A DNA stretch of 64,000 nucleotides from NCBI RefSeq assembly GCF_006345805.1, contig NC_043001.1:69502001-69566000 (forward strand), read 5' to 3'. The notes beneath the pieces were generated by a model. It ran no database searches, had not been told where the DNA came from, and saw only the letters and a program-made list of their open reading frames with translations. Below are positions 37,030 through 50,779 of this stretch, in pieces. The translations under genes and the position numbers were made by a program. Numbering within the stretch: the first letter of the stretch is position 1; the number at the start of each line of letters is the position of its first letter. Origin of the DNA: Octopus sinensis (taxonomy: Eukaryota).

Positions 37030-38797
37030 AGGTGAATGAATTATCCTATGTTTATCGTCAGCATGAAAAATTCGTTTAACCGAAACCTGGGTAGCAAATT
37101 CACGTTAGAAAACACGGTTGAAGCGACCTGTCAAGGGTAGAAACTCCAGGTTCATGTGTAGAAATTTGTGTGTTGTATATGAATAAATGAAAGAATGGAG
37201 TCGAACGAAGATGTTAACAAAATTCCTTTACTCTCGACACATGTTTCGAAGACAGCATATTTTCATTCCAAAGGAATAAAGGGTGCATTATGCAATCTTC
37301 TCATCAGGAAAGAAAGGGAGCCTCTCTCGACAACAAGACGAGCAAAAATTTCTATGATTGCCTACATGGTAAACAAAGCGATAATGAGTGTTTTTTTAAA
37401 AATCCGTTAGAAGAATTGACGTCAAAAATGGATAGTAGGAGGATGTAATAATAGTTAGGGAACAGTATGTTTGTTGTATGTATGGAAATGTGTAGGTGTG
37501 AGCTTGTGTTAACGAGTGCGTGTGTTTGTGTGTGTGTATAACTGCATTTGTGTCTGTGTGTATGATTGTGTGAGTGAGAGAGAGACAGACGTCAAATATA
37601 GATATTAGGAAGGGAAGGTATAAAGGAATAATAGGTAGGGAACAAGTGGAGAGGGAAGTGTATGTTGATTGAAAGAATGTATGAAGTTTAGGAAAGAATT
37701 TCTCTATAGCAGAGGGGTGGACGTGAAGCTAATTGTTCAAACCACAGTGACAATCGTTATCATTTATATGAGTAGAAAGTGTGTTTCTGCCAGTGTTTAC
37801 ATTTGTACGATTTTTCTATGAGTGTGTTTACTAGGGGAACCTTAGCGAAAAGAATATGGAAGAGTTCAGAGTTACAAATGTTACAAAATCTCCTGCCCTT
37901 AACAAAAGGAAAGGATACAGACAATATGAACCAATCTAACTTGAAAATTATATGTTGTCTCTAAGACGCCAAACTAATTTACTTAGCCCTGTACTATGTC
38001 GTTTTTTCCTATCCCTGAATGTTGAATAGTGGTTTGAAATTCTCTTGGATAACTGGGAAGTGGAGCTTCCTATATAGAAGAAAACATCGGTACTGGAAGA
38101 AATTCTACACTGGCAAATGGAATTTTTAATCTTAGAATTACTAACAAAAATTTTATTCTATTGGGGTTGTCCTCCGAGATCGAGACGAAGTTTTTATTGT
38201 TATGATTGTTGTTACTATTATTATTAGCGCTAACAACTACACTATTTCTAGTATTATTAGTAGTATTAATGGTATCACAACCAGCAATACCACCGACAAT
38301 AATACCGTTATTGTTGTTACCACCAACACTACCATTGTTATTAACACGACTAATACTATTATTAATAATATCATTGTTAATACTTTCGCTGCTACTAATG
38401 CTATTACTATTAATACTATTCCTATTATTATGATTGTATGAAGGGTTGGAATTAGCAAGATTAGTGTTGGAACTCCCGGGTGAAGAATCTTTGTTTAGCA
38501 GCTTGGTATTGTGGGAAGATATAATTTGTGAAAGATTCCTAGTGTTAGAGAAAGCTATTCTGACCTTGTGTGAATTGATAATAGAATGATATGTAGAATT
38601 TCTGGGAAAGTTCCTAGCAACGGCTTCACGGAACTGTAAGGGAAGGTTCGATTTAATTTGTTTTCCGAAAGGTACTACAAACCAGATATAGTTTTTTGTG
38701 GCCTTTGAATTGTTCTTACTGTTGTTTGTGATAGTAATGGGAAAATTTCTGGGTTGGAAATTTGGGGTTGCATGGCGCTTACCTCCCCTAATCCGTA
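37030..38797 (-). mobile_element. Penelope-like element 3' half (linker + GIY-YIG endonuclease + pseudo-LTR), flanked by (TA)n
   Basis: Minus strand: [55 protein letters not shown]; N/S-rich insert; CQCRISSSTDVFFYIGSSTSQLSKRISNHYSTFRDRKKRHSTGLSKLVWRL; RRFCNICNSELFHILF..NTLIEKSYKCKH. Two frameshifts; HHR downstream. Confidence 0.85.
37231..37312 (-). ncRNA. Type I hammerhead ribozyme, fully canonical core
   Basis: CTTTC-CTGATGA-GAAGAttgcat...atgctgTCTTC-GAAAC-ATGT-GTC-GAGAG. Helix I is 5 bp, helix II is extendable to ~11 bp, helix III is self-complementary, and the GTC cleavage site falls at 37236/37235. Confidence 0.85.
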
Positions 38798-38842
38798 AAG
38801 ATTTATTTTATGTACAGGGTTGCTGGCACTATTAGAATTGAA

Positions 38843-38949
<107 letters not shown>

Positions 38950-39370
38950 CGTATATATTATATATATACGTATATATATATATATATATACGTATATATA
39001 TACATGCATATATGGGTACAGGACGTCACCAGCTCTGCAAACAGCATGAAATACGTAAACAAACAAGTTAATACGTAAACACCGAGGGAAAAAATGAAAA
39101 ACAGTAAAAAATGAAAAAAAGCAAACACAGAGAAAGTTGTCGTTTCTCTCTATACTCCTCATTTCGAGCTTTCAACGACAATATCAGTTTTCAAAGAGCA
39201 GTTGCGCCCATAAATTCTCACACATCCATTTCCAAGTAAGTTCATCTTCAATTTTTTGATATGACTCTACTCTATACTGTTTTCTTCCTCCATCCTTCTT
39301 TAATTCCCATTTCTGCCCCTCCTTCTTTCACCGTTTTATATCATCTCTTTCTCTCCCCTCCTCTTTTTTG

Positions 39371-39401
<31 letters not shown>

Positions 39402-39831
39402 TGTTGCTCACACCTGACCATCGTCTATCTTCTTTCTCGCTCGTGACCATCTTTCTTTTCTCTTTTCAAAGAAAATATTTCTCCCAGCGTTCAATATTTT
39501 CCTCTCGTTCTGGTATAACGACCCTTCATGTTTTTTATTCGTTCAGTTTCCTTGTATGTCTCCACGGTTCTCTTTTTGTTCCCAACTTCAACCCTCCCTA
39601 AATCCTAAATTTTATTTTAGAATTTACGGGAGCTACTACATTTCAAGACTCATATTGTCGATGAATATTCAAAATGAAGAGTAGATAGACAATCGACAAT
39701 TGAAGGGTCCTTTCTCTGTGTTTACTTATCCCGTTTTCCTTTTTTCCCTCTCGTTGTTTACGTTTTTAACTCGTTTATTTACATATTTCATATTCTTTGC
39801 ACAGATGCTGAAATCATGTACCCATATATGC

Positions 39832-39866
<35 letters not shown>

Positions 39867-39877
39867 TATATTAATAT

Positions 39878-39983
<106 letters not shown>

Positions 39984-40408
39984 ATATATAATATATATAT
40001 ATATACGTAACGAGTTGTTTATGTCAAGTATAACTATAACTTTTACATATCTGCTGGTAGATACATTCAATATCTAGAGAATTCAACACTCGGTGCAGGG
40101 TAAAATCTAAGACTTGCTGGGTACTGAGGGGAGGTTTTCACCAGAAGTTGGTTGGGCGTCATATCAGCTCCAGAGTTGTCTGGAATCTCTTGAAATAAAT
40201 TGCTTTACTACAGAAGAATTGAATCAGAAAAACGCGAGACCAGAAGTCGAATATGCATTAAGATTTGCAAGATAAATCTCTAACCGATACACATACCAAC
40301 ATACACACACGCAGCTACACACATACACGCGTATTTACATGTATCTCTATCTTCGTATAGCTTATCTCAACGAATACAAATAAAGCTCTAATGAAGTGTA
40401 TATTAATA

Positions 40409-41204
40409 GGCGCAGGAGTGGCTATGTGCTAAGTGGCTTGCTAACAATCACATGGTTTCGGGTTCATTCTCACTGCGTGGCACCTTCGGCAAGTGTCTTC
40501 TACTATACCCTCGGGCCGATCAAAGCCTCGTGAGTGGATGTGGTAATCAGAAACTGAAAGAAATCTGTCGTATATATATATATATATATATATAAAATTT
40601 ATAAGTAAAGGCAAAATAAAAAAATTTCTAGCGCCAAAATATGCCGAAAATAGACACAACGTTAATAACCATGTAATTTATCACTACAAGCACGCGTTTC
40701 GGATAAAGCCGACAGAAATTTCTTATAAATCCCGTTATTACCATGTCGGACCTGATTTCAGAGATAGTTCATAAGAACCTTCCCTTCATCAGTGATAAAT
40801 AAGGCAAAAAAATAAGTGAAATACTTACTTATACCCATGGAAGAAGCGGACACTAAGTCATGAGCACAATTAAGTACCCCAAATGTATCCAAAATAGAAA
40901 CTCTCTGGCCCATCTCCAGACACGTGCGATTCGAACTAAAAACTCTCGTAAAGTGAGAGTCCGGAAGTGAGACTTCCGTGCGGGATGTTTTAAAAATTTT
41001 TGTCGGCTTTCTTCGAAACACGTGCTTGTCGTGATAAATTACATGTTTATTGACGTTGTGTTTATTTTCGGCATATTTTGAAATTAGAAATTCTTTCTTT
41101 TGCCCTTACTTATAAATTGTTTATAAATTTAACCTTTAAAGGTACTTTTTAAAATGCTGGCCATTGATAGAATTCTTTTCGAAAAAATTTTATCCTACAT
41201 TAGT

Positions 41205-41250
<46 letters not shown>

Positions 41251-41470
41251 CTGTATATGTTTGTGCGTCTGTGTTTGCCCCCAGCATTGCTTGACAACCG
41301 ATGCTGGTTTGTTTACGTCCCTGCAACTTAGCGGTTCGGCAAAAGAGGCTGATAGATTAAGTAGTAGGCTTACAAAGAATAAGTCCTGGGGTCGATTGGC
41401 TCGACTAAAGGCGGTGCTCCAGCATGGCCGCAGTCAAATGACAGAAACAAGTACAAGAGTAAAAGAGTAA
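40409..41470 (+). mobile_element. Family A SINE split at its internal TA tract (40409-40572 and ~41242-41470)
   Basis: The 5' and 3' halves each match the intact copy at 44855-45238. Confidence 0.75.
40596..41118. mobile_element. Foldback element with ~125-bp imperfect terminal inverted repeats
   Basis: 40596-40721 (AATTTATAAGTAAAGGCAAAA..AAAATATGCCGAAAATAGACACAACG..AAAGCCGACAGAAATTT) is the reverse complement, with scattered mismatches, of 40994-41118. Confidence 0.75.
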
Positions 41471-41482
41471 TACGGGATTGAA

Positions 41483-41519
<37 letters not shown>

Positions 41520-41679
41520 CATATATATGTGTGTGTGTATACATTATAATACCTTGGACTCCGGTATCTAATTATCTTTAGAGAAAACATTTAGAGAAAG
41601 CATTTCTTCAAATTCAAGCAAGAGCGTAGCAAAAGTTTCGAGGATGTATGGTGTCAACAGCATATTAATCTTGTGTGGG

Positions 41680-42540
41680 CTGCCGACAGAACACTTTTCT
41701 CTGAACTGATTACACGCACATATATATATATACATTCACTCGCACGCACGTACACACACACGTACACACACACACACATTTACATATATATACAATACAC
41801 GCACACACACATACACACGTACAAACACACACAAATTCACATACACACCGACACATATACATACAATATATACCTACACGCGCACACACGTATACACATA
41901 CGTACACACATATAAGCACAGACACACACACACATACGCGCACAAAAAAACATGCGCGCACATACGCACGCACACACGCAATACTCACAACCCCACAGAT
42001 ACACGCATATGCATCCATATACGCTTACACACACATACAAACGCACACATACACACACACACAACTACACGCACATACATACACACAAACACACACACAA
42101 ATGAACCCACACATACATCCCATACACACGGCACACAATTATACATACATATATATACACACACACGCACGTACAAGCACACACGCACACATACACTAAG
42201 TTAAGCACAGTTACTCGCCACACACCCAAACACTACGCATACACACATGAACACACACATACACACATGAACACACACTACAAACAAAACACACACACGA
42301 TACATATACATACACGCAGATACACATACCTCTTTGTTTTTAACCTGTGGCCGGACACAAAAAACACCACTCCTTATTCTTACATACTGGCCAGCTACCC
42401 GCCAGTTGTTCGCCATACACACATACACACACACGCACACACACACACACACACACGTGTCATGATTGCACACATACACACACGAGCGCACACGCAGACT
42501 TCCGCGCACGCACACATCCACACACATTCCCCCTCTCACT
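41680..42540. repeat. Long degenerate (CA)/(CATA)-rich simple repeat
   Basis: About 860 bp of ACAC/ACAT/ACGC variants; the ORFs here are artefacts. Confidence 0.85.
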
Positions 42541-42685
42541 TTCCTTGTCTTTGAAAACTCTCCTGTCTTTAAAATACATTATTCTTCCACCTTTCTACTT
42601 CCGGTCTTTCAATATGTGACCTCGTGAGTACCGCTGCCGATTTTTTTCCTCTGTCTTCCCTTCTCGGGATCTTTCCTCCTCCTAT

Positions 42686-42720
42686 GATTCCGACGAAGAG
42701 CTCCGCTCGAAACGTTAAAC
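42686..42720 (+). ncRNA. Minimal hammerhead-like motif, one core change
   Basis: GATT-CCGACGA-A-GAGC-tcc-GCTC-GAAAC-GTT-AAAC (U4 replaced by C; helix I has one mismatch). Confidence 0.45.
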
Positions 42721-42831
42721 CCTCCTTCTTCCCTTCTTTCCTGAGCGTCCAATAATACTTTATTTGTTCCAAGTCCTCGCGTTGCTGTGTTTTTTTTGTT
42801 TTTTTTGTGTTTTCTTGTTTGGATTAACTTT

Positions 42832-42896
<65 letters not shown>

Positions 42897-43099
42897 TAAA
42901 TATATGGATCTTGGGTTTCAACAGTTGCAACTGGATTTAAACTATTGGTATTGACCACGAGTAATGATACGCTTCAGACTGGGGCAGAAGTTATATGAGA
43001 ATTTCACAGAATATCTATTAAATATTTTCCATTATCTGTGAGTTGCTGGTAAGTGTTTCTCTAGGAGAGAGAAATGCTTTACTTATGTTAATTTTCATA

Positions 43100-43490
43100 T
43101 TAAATCTATTATATGGGAGTCAGAAGTTACTGTAACCCTAAATAATAATACAACTAAGAAGGCCAATACTGGATTATGTGAAGTGGAAATTAAAAATTGT
43201 CGTGCCAATCACATAGCCTCCTTCCAACATAGAGATAAAAGTAAAGCTACTAAGTTGGCTAGCTACGTAAGGATATTGAATGATAACGAAATACAAGATG
43301 TGATTAAATGGAAAGTAGTTGAGAAACCCATACCTTTTGCGAATGGGTTGAATAAATGTAGGCTTTGTTTAGCTGAAAAAGCGCAGATCCTGTTCAGATC
43401 CAAGATCCTAAACTCTCTATTGAAATCTAGATCAGAAACTTTCAATGGGTTCATGAATATTTATAAATATATTATGAAAAATTGGTAAAT
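43100..43490 (+). mobile_element. Penelope-like GIY-YIG endonuclease C-terminal remnant
   Basis: NHIASFQH..TKLASYV..IKWKVVEK..NGLNKCRLCLAEKAQILF..LLKSRSE. Confidence 0.7.
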
Positions 43491-43649
43491 TCCGCGTATA
43501 TAAATTCTAACGTGATATTTTTCCAGCCTTATCTTTTAGCTCTTCTACCTTTTTACTTTTTATTTTTTGCATTCTAGTTTTTGTGCTTTCTTTTTCCGTT
43601 TTTCGTTTCCCATATTTTACATTCTGCGTACTCTATAATCATGTCATCA

Positions 43650-43755
43650 TGATTATATATAGAAATACGAAATCTGTACTTCGATCTCTAGATAATGACA
43701 CAGAGACCTTTGACGTAGTAGCTGGTGTCTTCCAGGGTGACACCTTGGCATATAT
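43650..43755 (+). mobile_element. RTE-clade RT fragment
   Basis: YRNTKSVLRSLDNDTETFDVVAGVFQGDTLA. A second RTE piece, ITDADYADDLAVLA (YADD), lies at ~48165-48215. Confidence 0.65.
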
Positions 43756-43968
43756 ATCTTTTTTTTTTTTACGTTTCTTCTATTATTTAAATTTTTTATA
43801 GTTCGTGATGATATGTGGTTTACACCTGAAGAATATGTTTGAGTATTTCTCAACATAAGAAATTATTAATAGCGCTTAAATGCAGGTATCGTGCCCTTTA
43901 AATAAATAATATTTATCTTTCCCCAGATGGAGTACTTTTTGTTGAATTTTCGAACAGGAAACGGACAG

Positions 43969-44043
<75 letters not shown>

Positions 44044-44669
44044 GTATATATATAACATCAAAGGCAAAGTCGATATTTTATTGTAAAAAGCTTAAAAGCT
44101 TAATAAATAGCAAACTATTTTGTTCGAGATAGAGGCAGTATAGGAAACCAAAAGTAATGGCTATCGCGACTTTAAGTTGGGTGTTATCAAAGAACCAATG
44201 ATACTGCTATTTTAACCTCAGGAAGACATCTTCTGCAACTGGTTATTCTGTGCGATTTCTCATTCAATATCCATTGCAAGTGGGAGAAAACTCCTGCGAC
44301 TCTAGTTCAAATGTCTGACTAATGCCATGCTTGGCAGACGACTGCCCATCACAGATGTCATCCAATAAGAATGGAAATCACGTGATATGGTTGTCTTTCA
44401 GCCAGGGTGGCAGGAGTCCTCTCTTGCCTGGAGCGGCTATCTATTGAGAAAGCACATTGAATAACTAAATGGAGGAGACATCTTCCCTAGGGTTAAAAGA
44501 GCTGGATCGTCGCTACTTATAGAACACGCACGTTAAAGTGGGGATAATCACTACATTTGGTTCGTACACTGCTTAATAAATATTCCTTCTAAAACGTATT
44601 CAGCAATACTTCCGTTTCGGGCTAATTTCTCTATGTACATATCCTGACTTTAAAACATTGGTCTCTATA

Positions 44670-44705
<36 letters not shown>

Positions 44706-44789
44706 TTAGATTAAACTTAGATATGTTTCGACCAAAGATTGGTCCAGGCCATGTCTAACTTTATAGCACCTATATATATATATATATAT

Positions 44790-44824
<35 letters not shown>

Positions 44825-44854
44825 ATATATATATTATATATATATATATGCTTA

Positions 44855-45236
44855 GGCGTAGGAGTGGCTGTGCGGTAAGTAGCTTGCTTACGAACCACAT
44901 GGTTCTGGGTTAGGACCCACTGCGTGGGACCTTGGGCAGGTGTCTTCTACTATAGCCTCGGACCAACCAAATCCTAGTGAGTGGAAACTAAATGAAGCCC
45001 GTCGTATATATGTATATATGTATGTATGTGTGTGTATATGTCTGTGTGTCTGTCCCCCCCCAACATCGCTTGACAACCGATGCTGGTGTGTTTACGTCCC
45101 CGTAACTTACCGGTTCGGCAAAAGAGACTGATAGAATAAGTACTAGGCTTACAAAGAATAAGTCCTGGAGTCGATTTGCTCGACTAAAGGCGGTGCTCCA
45201 GCATGACCACAGTCACATGACTGAAACAAGTAAAGA

Positions 45237-45238
<2 letters not shown>
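44855..45238 (+). mobile_element. Full-length tRNA-derived SINE (family A) between (TA)n tracts
   Basis: GGCGTAGGAGTGGCTGTGCGGTAAG head, GGGTTAGGACCC B box-like, and GAAACAAGTAAAGAGTA tail. Confidence 0.8.
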
Positions 45239-45300
<62 letters not shown>

Positions 45301-46028
45301 GGATCCATGTATGTATATGTATACAGGTATAAGTACATACATATTCATACACACACAAATATATACATATAGATAGATAGGTGTATGTATCGTCATATAT
45401 GCCTATATTTAATTCAATGTCCTGTTGACAATGTATGCAGGTACGCCCCACTAAAAAGAAGTCAGAGTCATTTTAGTTATAACGTTAAAGTTTCGTGTAT
45501 TTCTAAAAATGACGTCATTTCTTCGTCAATCACAAAATAATGTCCCAAGCATATTGGAATGCATACACTACAAATATTTATCTGGTAGGTAAGTTTAAAG
45601 GAAGCAAAACAAAAATAAGGCTGGTAATCTTTTGTGAAGATTAGTTCGATATCGAGACATTGTAACAATCAGATTCAGGGAACGATCCAGGTAATTTTCT
45701 GTATTCAGGAAAAGCGTGCTAAGCGAGAGACTACAGGAAATTACGAGTCATTGCTGTTTTTTCTTTCAAAATTAAATGAAAAACAACTTGAATCGTCCAT
45801 AACATACACAAACATGACAAATTGTTCGGTAATGAATTCGTCCTTAAAGTGAGTCATACAGATTCACACACATACAAACGGTTATACGCGGATATATACC
45901 TATATACAGTTATACCCGGATATACACCTATGTATACTCAATAATTGTATATATATATATATACTGATATATAAACAGGCATTTATGCGTACGTATGCAT
46001 GTAGGTATGTATATTTCTTTGTGTGTGT

Positions 46029-46073
<45 letters not shown>

Positions 46074-46368
46074 CACACCAACTTTCTCACCTATATATAT
46101 ATATTTATATATACATACTTATATATATACACACACAGACAAACACACAATAGGCGGGAGCTAGATAAGCTCAGTATATGTATCATGTACTCAGATAAAT
46201 TTAAATTTAATCTCCAAATTCGTCATCCACGACTTAGTCAGCGGCGTCAAGAATGGCTATAAGAAACATACAATATGATGTGATAAGAAGGTAATGATAC
46301 AGATAAAAACAATTATGTTTGTATTTATGTATGAATGTATGTACGCATGTATATATGTATATATATGT

Positions 46369-46421
<53 letters not shown>

Positions 46422-46624
46422 ATATATATACGCAGATATCTATATATATTAAGGAAGATAATCATGCGTATATATACAAATCTACGCAGAGCATAAAAAT
46501 ACAGATTACTTAGGAGAGAGTACATAATGTTGCAATTCGAGAATTGTTCAATGAAATTGAAATTGCGCAATATTCGTAATATTCTTAATTAGTCGATGCA
46601 ATGGGCAAAATATCATGTGTATAC

Positions 46625-47900
46625 AAGCAGTAAACTTTAGGTCTCTTCGATTTGTCATGGGCGTCTCCGACTCTGCTCAAGCTCTCGAACTGGTTGACTT
46701 CTTTCTCAGATAAACCAATATATCTTTAGCCTCCCCGGAGCTCTATGCAGAGTTGTTGCTCTAGGCATAGTCGCAGGTATGTCTCGACTGTACATTGAAC
46801 CTACCCGGAAGGTCCTCCATACATTCTTTCTCATTCGAAAATAGCTCTAAATTAGCTAACTTCTTAGATGCGAAACTATATCAGGCTTACCATAGACCGA
46901 ATGAGTCGTTAATGTATATCAATAACCTGTTTAATCAGCCTCGATTTACCCTTAATAGCACTGTCACAAGTATTTCTATCAGGGTTTCTAACATATCATC
47001 TAATGAGTATATATTACTAATCATGCCACGTATTATAACTAGGCACTCATATATCCTCTGCTTCTCTTTAAAAGTGGGAAATGTAAGGCCACCTGCTTGC
47101 CTTTGCCCATCTACCTCACTTCACCCTTTAACTGAATTCTTATACTGCTGGTACTCCTGCCGCCTCGGATGTTGAATAATATACAACTATCCCAGGATAG
47201 CCTGCTGCACCGCGTTCAAGCCTTCTAAGGGTGGAAAGCAGTAGATCTTACGGTTTACGCCGCCATTCCTTCTCCAGGTCAAATATTAACTCGAGTTATT
47301 TTTAAAAACTCAAAGCTTTAATTCCCCACCGCACCATAAATTCTACCACATCTTTTGTAAATCTACAATTAATATCTCGTACTCTACTACAACAGTCTTG
47401 GAACTATTCTTGTCTCTTCCACAAGTTCCAAAGTTAGCCGTTTTACTGTAGGCCCTATGATTTTCAACCTGGACCGTATTCTATCCCACAAGATATTAAT
47501 ACTCTGAACTCTGGGGACCCAATTGATTTCAATAATAAAAAAACCCGTACCATCGCCCCCAGCACTAGTAACATTAACATATCCAATCCCAGTTCGAGGA
47601 TAAAGGATCAAATAAATCAGATTAAATTAAACCCCCTGATAGTGGAAACATATGTCATTGTCGGGTCTCCCAATTATGTCCGTTGGATTATATTTGATTT
47701 GCTATGATGTTTGATGTAAAATGTCGGGTAAAAAAATCAATGTTCCCATCAGGCTAGTATCTACATTTGCGACACAGTTGAATTTAGGCTCCGAAACCGG
47801 GCTCAAAGGAATTCGTTTTCAAACGGACTCTTTAAAGTATTTACATTCCTAGCTAGATCCATACACCACCAACAGTTCGAGAATATTTCCCGTACCTTAT
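46625..47900 (+). mobile_element. Degenerate Penelope-like RT + GIY-YIG remnant
   Basis: MGVSDSAQALELVDFFL; ANFLDAKL..YHRPNESLMYIN..SISIRVSNISSNE; CHCRVSQLCPLD. Confidence 0.65.
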
Positions 47901-50426
47901 CCTGGTAAGATTCCTTTAACCACCTTTGGTGATCCCTATCATTACACTGACCTTATCTTTATGTTTTCTCCTGTGTTTCATCTATTCTACTTTTTATACC
48001 CATGATATCATAGAAATACTTCTACCACTTCTTGCTTTTAACGTCCTCTACTTCTGGATGTTTATCTTGAATTGCTGACTTTAACTCGTCCAGTTATATG
48101 CTGTATATGAGCTAAAGGACAAAATATACACACTCCAACCAGCCGAAATCAGGTGTTTTACTATTGTGATTATCACAGATGCGGACTATGCTGATGACCT
48201 GGCGGTACTAGCAGATGAAGTTTGTGACTCTTTTGCACTGCCATAGAAGTGCTGTCAAGTGCTATTCTTTACATCAATTCTGACATGACAATGTATGAAA
48301 TATTAACGAATTTACGTGCCTCGGAAGTAAAATCCGAAAATATAGACACTAAAATATTTTGCGCATCCTTGGGCAATGACATAACCACTTTGACTTTCTC
48401 TAGTACCGTATTTAATATTTGTGTACTATAGTGATATTGAGATTCAAGTAAGGAACATTATGATCGATGTGTCCAAATATTATGGATATTTGCAGTTTTT
48501 CGCATCGATTGCCAACAAAAGGATGATCTTACACTGGAGATGTTGGTATATATCATGATAGTGGATTCAATGGTTCTTTTTTTTTATATATAAGATGGCT
48601 TATAGAAAACTAATACCATATCGATACTGAAATGTATGTCAACTCCTTTGTGCATGCTTTGCACAATGTTGTTCCATCAATATAAATGTCAGAATGTTTA
48701 TTTAGAAAGAATCTCGTCCAGCAAATATCTATCAGTGTTTTCATGGCGCTTATAAACCTAATATCTGCATTTAGTATGGCAATTCATTACTCATGTAGTA
48801 ATAATCATATATACATACGACAGGTAGACGTGAGCAATATTTGTCACCAGTCGCTGGGTAATATGTTTTCATCTTATGTGCTACTGAATTCAGATGTGTA
48901 CGCGTAAAGTTAATAGTAGCCTTGTACGCAATAGATACTTGTAATATCACTGTGATATCAGTTGCACTTCATGGATAGGGGATTACCAAAGCAAGATTTA
49001 TCAATTTATAAACTTAAGAAAGTATCCGCTGATAGCAGAATTTCATAAGTGCTTTCAGGAGATTATGCAGAAGATGATGCAGATTTGCATCGTTGGATCA
49101 TAAATATTTTTTGAAAATCATGTAGACATGATAGTAAGCCAAACTAATTCACAGAATCATTGAAAAGGGAGCAGAACATATTCTGATTAAACAAATAGAA
49201 TAGTGGTACATATAAGATTGTAAAGAATTACTGTAATAGTATATGCTCCTCACTCTTTTGCTATACATACATTATTTAGAATATTCCTTCATGTAAATAT
49301 CTATATTTTATTCAAGTTTCCGCTTTCTACATATCGAGAATATATTTTTACTCATTTAGAGAAAACTAAATTAGGTTACGAAAGCTATTAAATGTACAGG
49401 TTTTGCTTTTATATTGTACAAAATCCATTTAATGACGTAAACCATTTTTTTTAGAAAAAGAATAGGAAAAGCACTATATTTTGTCGTGTAACAGCCGATT
49501 TAGGTATCAAATTCTTTGCGAGGGACCCAATATTATGTTTACCATTTTTTTTCTCATGCACAACAATGTAGAATAATTTTTATTATTCCATTCACTTTAT
49601 TCGATTAAAACCACAAATTCACACATATCCAAATATATTTGTATTGTACGAGAATATAATGAAATTCTTCGTAAGAGAACACATTCAAATTAACTTGCAA
49701 AACATCTACATTTACAGATTTCATGGTGGTTAGTGTCCAATTCATTCTAAAATAAAACCTTCTTACTTTATTGATTTTGCTTTAATTGCACGTTATATGC
49801 ATTTTTTTAGTGTACAATAAAGTACGATTAACACATACAAACTCACACGCACGCGTGCACACACGGACAAAATGGATATATATATATATATATATATACA
49901 AATATGCATTCATTCATACATGCATACAAGCATACATGCATTCATACATAAATGTGCCAGGTCATATACGAGAACTCTCATGCTGACATGAGTGCTGCTG
50001 ATGACATGGAAACCAGTGTTGTATGGTTGGGTCGTCGACTACTAAACCGCCACCCCAACTAGGGTTGCTACAAACCCAGTAAGACTAAAAGCAGGACCTG
50101 TCAAAGGGACAGATGAACCCATTGTAGGTTCCACGAACATCTAGCAATATCAGGGATATATGAGCATATGAGAAATTGCACTATCATGTCCCGTTAGACG
50201 AAGGTGACTCTAACATGTCCTGTTAGATGAAGGTAACTCAACCTACCTCGAGTGACTCAACCTACCTTCAAGGACTGCGTAAATTCCAGACTCGAAATTA
50301 TCTCTTCATGTCTGCATTTTAAAAAATACATCTTGACGCAATGTAAAAATAGATCAACTGATGTATCTTTAATCATTCACTTCTTATACATTTTTGACAT
50401 ATTTTCGTTGTAACGATAAACTCCCC

Positions 50427-50476
<50 letters not shown>

Positions 50477-50779
50477 AGAATGTGTGAAGCCTAATTGTGT
50501 TTCTCTGCATCACTACCTCCACATAAGCTCACATTTGATTTTTTTTATAGCCACTCTTGAATCTGTGAATCTAGTCCTCGCTGAAGAATTCGGAGTTTAA
50601 GTTCAAATCCATTTGAGCACTACTACGTATTTTAAACACTGAGCATATCTAGCCCTCACCATTTTCTGCATATATAGTCATGTGTGTGTACATATATGTG
50701 TGTGAGTATGCATACATGTATGTGCGACACATTCAAAAAAGGATATATTACTAACAGAGGTGAAGTTGCTGATGCGTCG

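Noticed and set aside
48280-49060. Possible decayed GPCR on the minus strand (IAILNADI, LCKAC, YFSVYIFGFYF)
   Set aside because: Motifs lie in different frames with many stops, and TM1-TM2 spacing does not fit class A receptors.
49985-50280. CTGATGA-CATG-GAAAC motif and possible HDV-like ribozyme in an RTE-like 5' region
   Set aside because: Helix II is too short for a hammerhead, and the nested double pseudoknot could not be assembled.
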